This document shows, in pieces, positions 43,501-51,502 of a DNA stretch of 64,000 nt; position 1 is the stretch's first letter; each line of letters opens with the position of its first letter. Under the pieces are notes generated by a model. It made no database searches, had not been told where the DNA came from, and saw only the letters and a list, made by a program, of their open reading frames with translations. The translations under genes and the position numbers were made by a program. The stretch covers positions 23,188,001 to 23,252,000 of the forward strand of contig NC_092352.1 in NCBI RefSeq assembly GCF_963676685.1, in the 5' to 3' direction. This stretch comes from Mytilus edulis. Taxonomy: Eukaryota.

Positions 43501-46500
43501 AAACAGCATGTATTTTAAGACAATTACAATGCAGTAATATAAAAATAAGAAGATTTGGTATAATGTGACGTGTGGTATGTAACACATACATGTATATCTA
43601 GTTATTAATGTCCACTTTATGATAGGTCAGACTTGGCAAAAACATGTGTTTTATGAGTATTGCCCAGCCCAGTGTCTGACAGTCCATTCCTAAAAACATA
43701 GACTTGCACTAACTACTTTAAAACAAAGATCAACGTCAAATAGTACTGTGTAAAAATAAACAATTTTCTTTCACAGGAGTCTGGAGTGAAGTTGAGATCA
43801 GATTTCAAAGGAAAACAACAAACTATAGGAAAAATTTTGAAGGTTTCAAAAATTAAACAACCCACTTTTCTCAACATTGGTTTCAGATTTGATACATCAC
43901 CTAATGTTAAAAAGGCAGACTGTCCTTTTTGGGGGTAAAACTTCAAATTATTTTGAAATCAGTAAAATAAGCTATTAGAATTAATTCATTTATAGTACAG
44001 AACCTTTCTTTTTTCCAAATGAATGAACCATACAAGATTATGAGCATATAATTTTGTACACTTTACCATGTGTACTGGATATTTTGGTTAACATATCACC
44101 TAAATAATTTTTTTACTCAATTTTTAATCAAACAATTCCAAAACCCAAATACATATCTTTTATTAAATGAGGCCAAAGTGTCATACTTAAAGTATTACAT
44201 ATAAAAAATTATGAAACTGGCAAAATATCCTGATTGGAAATCAATAACTTAACAAGCATGTTTTATAAGATACAAATTAAATGTACCATGAATGCCAAGT
44301 AAATGCCGGTATTGAAAAGAAGGATTTGGAAAAGTGCCAAAACATTTCAATTGTTATTTTATCTTATTTGGATTTCTTTCAGTAACCAGATTTCACAATA
44401 AACCAAATAAAATATTTACATGCACTGAGTTTATATACTATTAACTGTTACCTAACACATTATAATTCTTAAATTATAAATGAGCAATGATTATACACTT
44501 TGAAAACTAACATGCTTATTTATGCTTTATCTAAACATGTATATAGATTCCTCTTATAACGCTGTTTATTTAAATTTTACACTGTCAACATAAATTTATA
44601 ACTGGGGTAGACTCAAGCTTTTATTTTACATACTTGTGTTGTTTGTTGAGAAAAAGAATAAATAAATTACTTGGATTATTGAAAATATATCCCCTTTGAA
44701 AATCTTCTAGCCCTAATTATAGCTTATAATTATATGTTAATTACATTATTGAACCAAAATATTGAAAAGAGTTATACTCCTGCTCAACTTTATAAACATT
44801 ATATATAACAGAGTGGTTTATTTTTATATTTCTAATTCCATCTTCATGCCTACTACATTGTATATCATGTACTGTGCTACAACTCTAGATTCTACTGATG
44901 AGGAAATGTAACACTGAAATTTATGGGTTCAGTCTTAAGTTGGCCTAGTGGTCTAGAGGGATGGACACAATCCAGGTGTTGTAATTGGCCACTGCCTTCC
45001 TTATTGTTTATTCTGTTTATTACTGCAGCATAAATTTGTAATCAGGCCATATATCAGGTTTCCTCATTCTAATTGTTTCACATTCTATCTATTCTATATT
45101 CACCCTCATTTATGGTAGATGTTTAACTCATTGTTGAAGGCCCTAGAGTGATTCTTTTAAATTGTTCACATCTTTGTTCTATGGACTTTATCATGCCTAT
45201 GTTCTGTTGTCTCACTGACATCACATTACATAGCCAGTCTTCTCACTGGTAATCTTTAAGCCTGAGTCATTGAGATACAGAACAGTGAAGCATACATGTA
45301 TATATATTATAAAGAAAACGAGAATTCCAGCATAGATAATATAGATGAAGAGAAGAGAAGCATATATCATATAGATACTTCAGACGTGAAGTGTACATAA
45401 TATAGATGATATTCTTAAATAATGGTTCAGACCAAATTTGATTTAATATTGGCCCCATAATTAAATAATAAATCCTGGTGGCCATCTTGAACAGTAAATC
45501 AGCAGCAAAGTAGCAACACTTAATCAGTACCTCATGTCAGAGGAACATTTATGACATTTTAAGTTTCATTCCAAGCAGTGGTTTTCTAAAAAGAAGACAT
45601 GTGTATGTATTTTCTATAGCCATAGGGTCATATGTTAAACCAAGTCCCCCGCTGGTGGCCATCTTCGATGATGGATCAGCTACAAAGTAACAACACTTGG
45701 TCAGCACCACATAAGGAACATTAATGCAATATTTGGTTTCATTCCATACAGTGGTTCTCTAAAAGAAGACATTTGTATGTATTTCCCATAGGGTCTTATG
45801 TTTCAACTAAGTCCCCTGTTAGCAGCCATCTTGGATGATGGATCGGCTATAAAGTAACAAAACTTGGTCAACACCTCATAAGGAACATTCATGCCGTATC
45901 TGGTTTCATTCCATTCAGTAGTTCTCTAAAAGAAAACATTTCTATGTATTTCTTATGTATCCTATATTTAACTAAGTTCCCTGCAGGTGGTCATCTTGAA
46001 TGATGGATCAGTTACAAAGTAACAACACTTGGTCAGCACCTCATAAGGAACATTCATGCTGTATTTAGTTCCATTCCATTCAGTGGTTCTCTAAAAGAAG
46101 ACATTTCTATGTATTTCACATAGGGTCCTATGTTAAACTAAGTCCCCTGCTGGCGGCCATCTTGGATGATGGATTGGCTTCAAAGTAACTACACTTGGTC
46201 AGCACCTCATTAGGAACATTCATACCATACATATTTGGTGTCATTCCATTCAGTGGTTCTCTAGGAGAAGTTTTAAATTAAAAAAAGTTAACAACGAGAG
46301 ATGCCAAGTGATGAGAAAAACTCACTTGGCCCTTTTTTTTTTTTTGAGCTTGTACTTGAGGTTGATTGTATTAAGGAATTTGGTAGGTAATTTCGTAAAA
46401 CAGATTCTGAATTTATAAAAGATTTCTTATACAGCTCTGTTTTGACTTTAGGAACTTGCAGTTTTTAGCAGGACGCAATACTCAAACAATATTGGTTTAT

Positions 46501-49500
46501 TTCTTGCATTTCTTTAAATATACAGGGGTTCATTATTAAGGCATTTCTGCTTTTTCTCCTTTGTCTTTTACCTATATATATATACATGTATATCTATCTA
46601 TAACCATACATTTCGTTTTAGCCAAAGTTATGGACATGTTATTTTCATAACACCATTTTTCAACACATTGGAGACAATCTTGTACATTAAATTGTACATG
46701 TATATATCAGAAATACTCTTTCCTGATGTATGTATAGTTACAAGTGTCATCAGTATACAAGTCTGTATTACAGATTTTGATGCGTAATACTGTGGATTCA
46801 TTTATTTTCTTGGGTATCAATTTTTCGTGGATTGCTGAAAACTTTCATATTCATGGATATTGATTTCATGGTTTTGCCAATATCTTTACACAAAGCCTGT
46901 TGTAAATATGTTTTTCCTTCAACATTTGAATTTGTGGTTAACCTGTATCTACGTAACCCATGAAAATTGGTATCCAACGTAAAATTCTGAATCCACAGTA
47001 GAAGGTCTTTTATATGTACATATGTATTTACAAAACAAACAAATTGGAACACAAGTACATGTATTACATGTAAGTCCTGTGGAACACCAAAATTTATAAA
47101 CTTTTTATCGGAATAGTGATTACCTTTATGGACTTGCTTTCTTTCGAATAGGATTAAAAAAAAATCCAGTATTGTCATGGAAGCCAGCTGGGATGAAAAT
47201 CTACCAATAACTTATAATTGACTGATTATCAATCAAAATCATGTTTATAAATTATAAAAAAATAGGAAGGCTAATCAACATGCACTGGGTTTGCTTACAT
47301 ACTTTATCCTCTTTCACAGGTAACACCTGATCCATATCAATTAAAACAAACATGCACCAAAAACCTAAATGTATTAGAAATTATCAGGTACAACCATGCA
47401 ACATATACATATAAGATGCTCTTGAATGGAGCATAAATAGTGGAAGTGTAAATTTTGGTTTACAGTGGGTATCACTATTGTATTCATATGTCATGATTGT
47501 CTTAGACACCTTTACGCTATTTGATAATATTTAATTGCCATATCTGTAACATTGAAGTCACCTTAATTTCAGTTGTAGCGTCTGAAATCTCGTCTTGGGA
47601 CCTCAACACTTTAAATGGCAGACAAATATTGATGATTAAGGTGTACAAAAATTTCTTTCAAGGTTTTCACTCAATTTAGTTATTTTCGTAATACATCACT
47701 GTCATCATGAATGAGCAGATGTTTTCCCACAACTTTTTAAATTAGAAATAGACCTTTGAGAGGTCATGAAATACAAATGAAGCACCTGTCAACCTCTCAT
47801 ATTATTAAAAATACCTGTACATGGTTTGAAAGATTTGTATCCCAATATGTAATTTTCTCTTTAATTCCTTATGGTAGCCTTATAGCTACAGTACACTATA
47901 TGAGAGTAGAAACGACTTTAGACTCAGGCATCAAACTCCTTTTTTCGCTATCATTAGCGTCAAGCATGTCAAATGAGCCTTAACTTATTATTGTCATTCC
48001 TAATATATTTATCATAAACGTTATTTCAAAACATAAACATTACCATCATTCCTCAATTACACCTTATCGCTAATCCTGGCTGACCCGGCCGCTTGAACTT
48101 TTGACGTCAACAACAATCACTTTTCCATTGTGACGTCAACATTTTACTTGAACCTGTGTGATATCCAGCAATGGCGGACAAATAGCGATAAGGTGAATGG
48201 GGTATATATAGTGGGTTTCATTGAGGTCTAAGTGTGATACAGGATTTGCCAAATTTTTTTAAGCATGACAAATGAAAGTTGAATAATCAAGCGTGTACAG
48301 TACGCCCAGAGAGTTTGTAATCGCGAACTTTTATCACCGATTTCCGAGTGTAGCGGTGTGACACCGCGAATCACGGATTCTACTCCCAATTTCCTCCAAA
48401 GATTCTCTCCCAACACCGCGTGGCTGTTAATTGGTTTATTGCCCATCGGATGAACTGAAAATTAATGACGCGTGACAACATAATCGGATTAGCCAGATTT
48501 ATTACCTTTGTACATTTAATCGATCTTGATTGCACCTGTGTGCTTTAAAATACGTTATTTAAATGTCCATTCATTGTCAGATAAAAGTGTGACATTTTTA
48601 TTTACAATAAGATAATTATTCTTGTGTGTATATGCCCATGTCATTGTCATATTAAATAAAACGTAAAAACGTATAAAAATACGAATAAAACACTTATTTA
48701 GTATTTTCATTATAGTCCGATCAGGTCATAATTTTTGTTTTTTCAACAAAGTTTCAACAAAGATGATTTTACCACAATTAGAACCTTTTATGACCTACTC
48801 AGTGAATATCCGGTTCATTAATAGTTCAATATTATATAATTAATATCAACTGGCTTAAAACAAAATGTTGTTTTTACGGTAATTTGTCCAATCTAAATCA
48901 AACCCTAGAGTTAATTTATCGGACCAACAAGTGAACTCTGTTACTTTCAATTTATTTTGAAATGTAAAATATTATGTTTCACTACCTCGGTAGATTACCG
49001 ACTTGAAATATTTGAATTTAAAAAAGAAACTGTAAAGTGACAAATAGTTTTGTATGCAATGTGGCAGCCCTATATTCATAAATACTGAGATAATTCCCCG
49101 CCCAGACACAACACAATAATCACAACCTTATTTAATTATATGAAGAAATAAAATCATGTGTTTTTTATCTGTTATGATCTGTTATTGATCTTTTATTAAA
49201 ATAAAATTGGATTGGCGCAATCCGTATTTTACTTCTGTTAAAAGTCCTCGGCGAAATATAAAAAGAAGTATTTCAACAATTTATACTATAGAATATTAAA
49301 ATGAAATTATATCGTACAAGAAAGAAATATGTAAAAAAAAATGTGGATCGGATTTTTACGATCGACAAATTTTCACAGAGGATCTCTACCAACGCCCATC
49401 AGGAACTAAACGACATGCATCCTGTTTTCATCTACCATTAATGTATAGTGTTGACTATGGAAGTATAAATAATGTCCAGGTTTATGTCCTCTGTTGACTG

Positions 49501-51284
49501 AGAAACGTATAAATAAAAGGCTGATGTTCGTTTATTCAGAAAAGGAATAAAATTTAGAATCCGGTTAATCAATTGTAAAAGGACCTTCTAGAGCCTCAAT
49601 CTTAACGCACACAAATGTCAATCATTACATGAATTTTCCCACGGTTATCCAGAAAGGTCACCTGAGTTTACTGTTACATGATACTATTTCCCGCCAAATA
49701 AAAATCTCGTGGACAAAATTGATGTCACTATTTTTAGCATTCAATATTGTGAGCGAAGTCAAGTTCAAGTTCAACCACGCACTGTTGATCACTGAGATGC
49801 GTGTCGTCTTCCCACGGCAATTAATTGTTTTAAAAATATTTAAAGATAACTGTTCTAAATACAACACAAAGGTTTACATTCATTGTGCGTAAATGAATAT
49901 TATGCAACGACGAGTTGATGCAGCTATAGAAGTATTCCTGTTGTAGCCGAAATATATTATATCCTAAAGTAATGCTAATCGTGAAGAGAAAATGCCGTAG
50001 ACTTATTAAGCATAACGAATGGTGAATAGTATTTTCTTTTTTACTTGCATATACAAGTTTTAAGACACGTAATTTTCTAATTTTCTTTAAACTCACTGCT
50101 CACATTTTATACCTTCAGCGTTAGTTTCCGTTTATTTTCACGCAAGTATGTCTCTTTTCGTAAGTTATATCAATTACCGATAAATAAAAAACGAGGTCAT
50201 AATCAAGTATAGATTTTTTTTTATAAATCTTTAATGCAATTGAAAGCATTAACAACAACGTTTTGGATTTTAAAACTTTTATTTTGTAATCGTAAAATGG
50301 AAATGGCGTAGAATTATTAGCATAACAGATAAGGAATAATATTTTCTTGTTTACTTGTAGTATAAAAAACTTTGAGACGTGTAATTTTTCTTTAAACTGC
50401 CCTCATTTATTCAGCGTTAGTCTCCGTTTATTGTTGCACAATTATATCTCTTTCAGTAAATTAAATATTTATTTACTGATAAAAAAAAACGGAAGTCAAA
50501 ATCAAATATAGTTGTTTAAAAACTTGATTAAAATGTACAGAGTAATTGAAAGAATTAACAACAACGTTTTGCTTTTTATTTTAATCTTTCATTTGTTTCA
50601 AGCAATCAGATATAACCTGATAATCAATAGACAGGAAATACAATTGTTTAATTACATTAGAAATCTCACATACCTTGACTGTCGCGTGCCGGCATAGATC
50701 AGACGGATTAGGGCAATTAATTACCTGGTGTCACGTCGCGTCACACCAGACTGGGAGAGATGTCGCTAATACAATAAACAAAAGGTAGCGGATTTACGCG
50801 GAAGTCGGAGGGAATACTCCCAAATTTCTCCGAGAATTTTGGGAGGGATGTCGGAGTTTCCTGGTGTTACACCAGGAAAAATATCGGAGTATGGAGTTTG
50901 GGATTACAAACTCCTTGGGCGTACTGTACTGTAGGACACATGAAATTATATGCACTATTATGGCAACAAGAAAAGGGACACAGGATTCTCACTAAACAAT
51001 AAGCGGGATACAGGATCAAATTCCCACCCCCAAATGAGACCCCCTATATAGTGTATAACCCTGAAAGTCTAAATTTCAACAACAGTCAACATGAACAAGA
51101 TCTACTACATAACAAATTGGAATATTGGATAGAAAACAAAAAGTATCAAGTCATGGGAAGTGGTTGACAGGAAATTTTAACATTCAATTTATCTTCTGAT
51201 TTTTTATTCAATTACTGAGTACTTTGTATTCAATCAAAGTGTTTGTTTACACGACTTATTTACCTTGGCCCTTTCCATGGCCAT
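1353..51284 (-). CDS. DNAH3: Axonemal dynein heavy chain 3-like, spliced gene, 57 exons in window, 3' end beyond position 1
   Basis: Exons join in one frame through GT-AG introns. The N-terminus ([46 protein letters not shown]) matches my recollection of vertebrate DNAH3 rather than other inner-arm paralogues. P-loops: GPAGTGKT (AAA1), GEPLGGKT (AAA2), GPTGTGKS (AAA3), GIGGSGRQ (AAA4), followed by stalk/MTBD and AAA5. Confidence 0.93.
1818..2992. repeat. 91-bp tandem array made of the exon 56 3' end plus donor (12 intronic copies plus the real exon end)
   Basis: Units start at 1818, 1909, 2000 ... 2910; unit = 81 nt of exon + GTAAGCTTTA. Confidence 0.97.
2912..3154 (-). CDS. DNAH3: DNAH3 exon 56
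   Basis: [27 protein letters not shown]. Confidence 0.95.
3529..3714 (-). CDS. DNAH3: DNAH3 exon 55
   Basis: [16 protein letters not shown]. Confidence 0.96.
4250..4450 (-). mobile_element. Degraded tRNA-derived SINE-like copy (Meta-SINE-like)
   Basis: aatgccactttcagcaata..ttttattgg..ggagt..ggaga..atttgaacccacaacc resembles a common bivalve SINE in reverse (from recall). Confidence 0.5.
4517..4824 (-). CDS. DNAH3: DNAH3 exon 54 (AAA5)
   Basis: [27 protein letters not shown]. Confidence 0.96.
5059..5260 (-). CDS. DNAH3: DNAH3 exon 53
   Basis: [17 protein letters not shown]. Confidence 0.96.
5349..6685. mobile_element. Non-autonomous P-superfamily-like DNA transposon
   Basis: 34-bp TIR catggaagtattatattgacaggaactacWacga; 7-bp TSD gttagat (5342-5348, 6686-6692); 14-bp internal inverted repeat (5401-5414, 6546-6559). 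Confidence 0.88.
6962..7222 (-). CDS. DNAH3: DNAH3 exon 52 (stalk CC2)
   Basis: [23 protein letters not shown]. Confidence 0.96.
7539..7746 (-). CDS. DNAH3: DNAH3 exon 51
   Basis: [19 protein letters not shown]. Confidence 0.96.
7960..8177 (-). CDS. DNAH3: DNAH3 exon 50 (microtubule-binding domain)
   Basis: [26 protein letters not shown]. Confidence 0.96.
8545..8998 (-). CDS. DNAH3: DNAH3 exon 49 (stalk CC1)
   Basis: [22 protein letters not shown]. Confidence 0.96.
9360..9493 (-). CDS. DNAH3: DNAH3 exon 48
   Basis: [15 protein letters not shown]. Confidence 0.95.
9927..10094 (-). CDS. DNAH3: DNAH3 exon 47
   Basis: [38 protein letters not shown]. Confidence 0.96.
11080..11091 (-). CDS. 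Candidate 12-nt microexon (EKYS) in DNAH3 intron 46
   Basis: T-rich tract..atttcag|GAGAAGTATTCA|gtaagt; phase 0-0. Confidence 0.4.
12351..12401 (-). CDS. Candidate cassette exon B in DNAH3 intron 46
   Basis: tttttgtttacag|[17 protein letters not shown]|gtaatt; 51 nt, phase 0-0. Confidence 0.55.
12720..12788 (-). CDS. Candidate cassette exon A in DNAH3 intron 46
   Basis: ttttag|[23 protein letters not shown]|gc; 69 nt, coding-like composition, but needs a weak GC donor. Confidence 0.5.
13409..13594 (-). CDS. DNAH3: DNAH3 exon 46
   Basis: [18 protein letters not shown]. Confidence 0.96.
13850..13974 (-). CDS. DNAH3: DNAH3 exon 45 (AAA4 P-loop)
   Basis: (G)[16 protein letters not shown]. Confidence 0.96.
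14009..14810 (+). mobile_element. Helentron/HINE-like non-autonomous element
   Basis: Subterminal inverted repeat gctcacct (14037) / aggtgagc (14796), 3' hairpin ggccctttgggcc, gacg microsatellite, A-rich flanks, internal duplications. Confidence 0.75.
15192..15319 (-). CDS. DNAH3: DNAH3 exon 44
   Basis: [19 protein letters not shown]. Confidence 0.96.
15623..15826 (-). CDS. DNAH3: DNAH3 exon 43
   Basis: [20 protein letters not shown]. Confidence 0.95.
16413..16639 (-). CDS. DNAH3: DNAH3 exon 42
   Basis: [26 protein letters not shown]. Confidence 0.96.
16983..17268 (+). mobile_element. Short HINE-like element, copy 1
   Basis: Highly similar to 25111-25403; acgg/acga microsatellite and terminal hairpin. 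Confidence 0.78.
17346..17528 (-). CDS. DNAH3: DNAH3 exon 41
   Basis: [13 protein letters not shown]. Confidence 0.96.
17891..18074 (-). CDS. DNAH3: DNAH3 exon 40
   Basis: [20 protein letters not shown]. Confidence 0.96.
18417..18497 (-). CDS. DNAH3: DNAH3 exon 39
   Basis: [14 protein letters not shown]. Confidence 0.96.
18945..19102 (-). CDS. DNAH3: DNAH3 exon 38 (AAA3 P-loop)
   Basis: [12 protein letters not shown]. Confidence 0.96.
19503..19628 (-). CDS. DNAH3: DNAH3 exon 37
   Basis: [19 protein letters not shown]. Confidence 0.94.
19878..21634. repeat. 44-bp minisatellite, about 40 copies, related to the exon 36 donor junction
   Basis: Unit atatagagtgacgagtttaattggtgacaaaccttggtaatttt, with shorter (mostly 43-bp) variants. 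Confidence 0.97.
21716..21877 (-). CDS. DNAH3: DNAH3 exon 36
   Basis: [21 protein letters not shown]. Confidence 0.95.
22219..22369. repeat. About 150-bp imperfect palindrome (foldback, probably transposon-derived)
   Basis: aaggaatgacta..gaaataacataaaaaatgtg mirrored by cacatttttttatgttatttc..tagtcattcctt. Confidence 0.85.
22572..22991 (-). CDS. DNAH3: DNAH3 exon 35
   Basis: [22 protein letters not shown]. Confidence 0.96.
23279..23409 (-). CDS. DNAH3: DNAH3 exon 34
   Basis: [22 protein letters not shown]. Confidence 0.96.
23745..23967 (-). CDS. DNAH3: DNAH3 exon 33 (AAA2 P-loop)
   Basis: [28 protein letters not shown]. Confidence 0.96.
24450..24804 (-). CDS. DNAH3: DNAH3 exon 32
   Basis: [18 protein letters not shown]. 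Confidence 0.96.
25111..25403 (+). mobile_element. Short HINE-like element, copy 2
   Basis: atgcccc..ggggcat subterminal inverted repeat; homologous to 16983-17268. Confidence 0.78.
25481..25572 (-). CDS. DNAH3: DNAH3 exon 31
   Basis: [12 protein letters not shown]. Confidence 0.96.
25944..26234 (-). CDS. DNAH3: DNAH3 exon 30 (AAA1 Walker B)
   Basis: [26 protein letters not shown]. Confidence 0.96.
26524..26632 (-). CDS. DNAH3: DNAH3 exon 29 (AAA1 Walker A)
   Basis: [15 protein letters not shown]. Confidence 0.96.
27171..27366 (-). CDS. DNAH3: DNAH3 exon 28
   Basis: [26 protein letters not shown]. Confidence 0.96.
27825..27939 (-). CDS. DNAH3: DNAH3 exon 27
   Basis: [17 protein letters not shown]. 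Confidence 0.95.
28183..28389 (-). CDS. DNAH3: DNAH3 exon 26
   Basis: GMVEKWL..WPGQV. Confidence 0.95.
28575..28776 (-). CDS. DNAH3: DNAH3 exon 25
   Basis: [19 protein letters not shown]. Confidence 0.96.
28958..29151. mobile_element. About 200-bp TA-flanked MITE family, copy 1 (reverse orientation)
   Basis: tgtaaattcagaaatta / taatttctgaatttacag TIRs. Confidence 0.85.
29494..29756 (-). CDS. DNAH3: DNAH3 exon 24 (linker)
   Basis: [27 protein letters not shown]. Confidence 0.96.
29881..30085. mobile_element. Degraded copy of the MITE at 46788-47000
   Basis: tactattgattcatttattttc..tgaattcatagta. Confidence 0.65.
30232..30402 (-). CDS. DNAH3: DNAH3 exon 23
   Basis: [17 protein letters not shown]. 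Confidence 0.95.
30612..30726 (-). CDS. DNAH3: DNAH3 exon 22
   Basis: [21 protein letters not shown]. Confidence 0.94.
31104..31195 (-). CDS. DNAH3: DNAH3 exon 21
   Basis: [19 protein letters not shown]. Confidence 0.93.
31684..31895 (-). CDS. DNAH3: DNAH3 exon 20
   Basis: [18 protein letters not shown]. Confidence 0.94.
32191..32370. mobile_element. High-copy SINE-like repeat, end segment
   Basis: aagaagatgtggtatgattgccaatgagacaact.. recurs in both orientations near 18655, 25000, 26670, 29320, 34108-34293, 52270-52575, 53300-53640 and 59455-59600. Confidence 0.8.
32541..33166. repeat. About 110-bp tandem array of the exon 19 3' end plus intron start (5 intronic copies)
   Basis: Units at 32541, 32651, 32763, 32875, 32983; true junction at 33091. 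Confidence 0.96.
33097..33328 (-). CDS. DNAH3: DNAH3 exon 19
   Basis: [25 protein letters not shown]. Confidence 0.93.
33692..33882 (-). CDS. DNAH3: DNAH3 exon 18
   Basis: [20 protein letters not shown]. Confidence 0.92.
34387..34477 (-). CDS. DNAH3: DNAH3 exon 17
   Basis: [18 protein letters not shown]. Confidence 0.92.
34635..34990 (+). mobile_element. HINE-like element
   Basis: gggttccgcggaaccc hairpin at the 5' end, cgccga repeat, 3' end ctatgtc..ggctcaacaaaaa also seen at 10395-10450. Confidence 0.6.
35050..35143 (-). CDS. DNAH3: DNAH3 exon 16
   Basis: [17 protein letters not shown]. Confidence 0.92.
35371..35549 (-). CDS. DNAH3: DNAH3 exon 15
   Basis: [16 protein letters not shown]. 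Confidence 0.93.
35892..35997 (-). CDS. DNAH3: DNAH3 exon 14
   Basis: [19 protein letters not shown]. Confidence 0.92.
36251..36387 (-). CDS. DNAH3: DNAH3 exon 13
   Basis: [16 protein letters not shown]. Confidence 0.9.
37057..37236 (-). CDS. DNAH3: DNAH3 exon 12
   Basis: [15 protein letters not shown]. Confidence 0.92.
37751..37946 (-). CDS. DNAH3: DNAH3 exon 11
   Basis: [22 protein letters not shown]. Confidence 0.92.
38247..38844. mobile_element. TTAA-flanked MITE, Kolobok-like
   Basis: TTAA|ggtggtatgggtgtct .. agactcccataccacc|TTAA; GG rather than CC termini argues against piggyBac. Confidence 0.82.
38883..39008 (-). CDS. DNAH3: DNAH3 exon 10
   Basis: [15 protein letters not shown]. 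Confidence 0.92.
39437..39556 (-). CDS. DNAH3: DNAH3 exon 9
   Basis: [19 protein letters not shown]. Confidence 0.92.
39986..40061 (-). CDS. DNAH3: DNAH3 exon 8
   Basis: [17 protein letters not shown]. Confidence 0.92.
40500..40689 (-). CDS. DNAH3: DNAH3 exon 7
   Basis: [19 protein letters not shown]. Confidence 0.92.
40992..41169 (-). CDS. DNAH3: DNAH3 exon 6
   Basis: [26 protein letters not shown]. Confidence 0.88.
41474..41525 (-). CDS. DNAH3: DNAH3 exon 5
   Basis: [16 protein letters not shown]; phase 1-2, needed to keep frame. Confidence 0.82.
42233..42295 (-). CDS. DNAH3: DNAH3 exon 4
   Basis: [15 protein letters not shown]; phase 1-1, 63 nt, could be skippable. Confidence 0.72.
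42513..42696 (-). CDS. DNAH3: DNAH3 exon 3
   Basis: [26 protein letters not shown]. Confidence 0.92.
43357..43455 (-). CDS. DNAH3: DNAH3 exon 2
   Basis: [24 protein letters not shown]; ag/gt bounded, 99 nt. Confidence 0.88.
45465..46340 (+). repeat. About 166-bp satellite-like tandem array (about 5 units) ending in a HINE-like 3' terminus
   Basis: gccatctt anchors at 45481, 45658, 45825, 45990, 46156; tail aagtgatgagaaaaactcacttggccc matches the element end at 14761-14787. Confidence 0.85.
46375..47178 (-). pseudogene. Decayed CR1/L2-type LINE reverse transcriptase fragment
   Basis: In order on the minus strand: ERKQ..FGVPQ, HIKDLLL, [MITE], [42 protein letters not shown]; frameshifts and an internal deletion. 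Confidence 0.82.
46788..47000. mobile_element. TA-flanked MITE inserted in the LINE remnant
   Basis: tactgtggattca / tgaatccacagta termini. Confidence 0.88.
48060..48195. mobile_element. 136-bp MITE; degenerate second copy at 47507-47645
   Basis: caccttatcgcta / tagcgataaggtg TIR; shared aatggcRgacaaat. Confidence 0.75.
48298..50926. mobile_element. 2.6-kb non-autonomous Tc1/mariner/pogo-like element in DNAH3 intron 1
   Basis: TA|cagtacgccca..gagtttgtaatc ... gattacaaactc..tgggcgtactg|TA; CpG-rich ends; no transposase ORF recognised. Confidence 0.85.
51264..51284 (-). CDS. DNAH3: DNAH3 exon 1, coding part (probable start)
   Basis: gaaATGGCCATGGAAAGGGCCAAG|gtaaat = MAMERAK, phase 0 fits exon 2; promoter motifs about 190 bp upstream. 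Confidence 0.65.
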
Positions 51285-51472
51285 TTCAGCTGTTCACTAG
51301 CAATAATTTATAAGTTGATCGCAATTCTTCGTGTGTCCTCAGTAACGATTAATAAGCGTTGAGCTACACTATATAAAAATGAGGTCGTTATACAATATTT
51401 AGATCCATGCTTAACTCCGAAACGGTTTCTTTGCTATGTCCACCATTTTCATAAGCAGCATCCGGGGTATTT

Positions 51473-51502
51473 GTTGCTAGGAAAATAGAACCTTTTGATT
51501 GG
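51473..51502 (-). promoter_or_regulatory. DNAH3 promoter: RFX X-box-like site and CCAAT box
   Basis: GTTGCTAGGAAAA at 51473-51485 (one mismatch to GTTGCTAGGAAAC-type X-box); ATTGG at 51498-51502 (CCAAT on minus strand); about 190 bp upstream of the ATG. Confidence 0.6.

Noticed and set aside
44935-44990. tRNA gene (tggcctagtggtctaga A-box)
   Set aside because: No B-box or cloverleaf follows; more likely a decayed SINE head.
46798-47178. 126-aa ORF as a host gene
   Set aside because: It is a chimera of a decayed LINE RT fragment and a MITE.
49629-50096. ORFs inside the 2.6-kb TIR element as transposase
   Set aside because: No DDE, HTH or other motif recognised.
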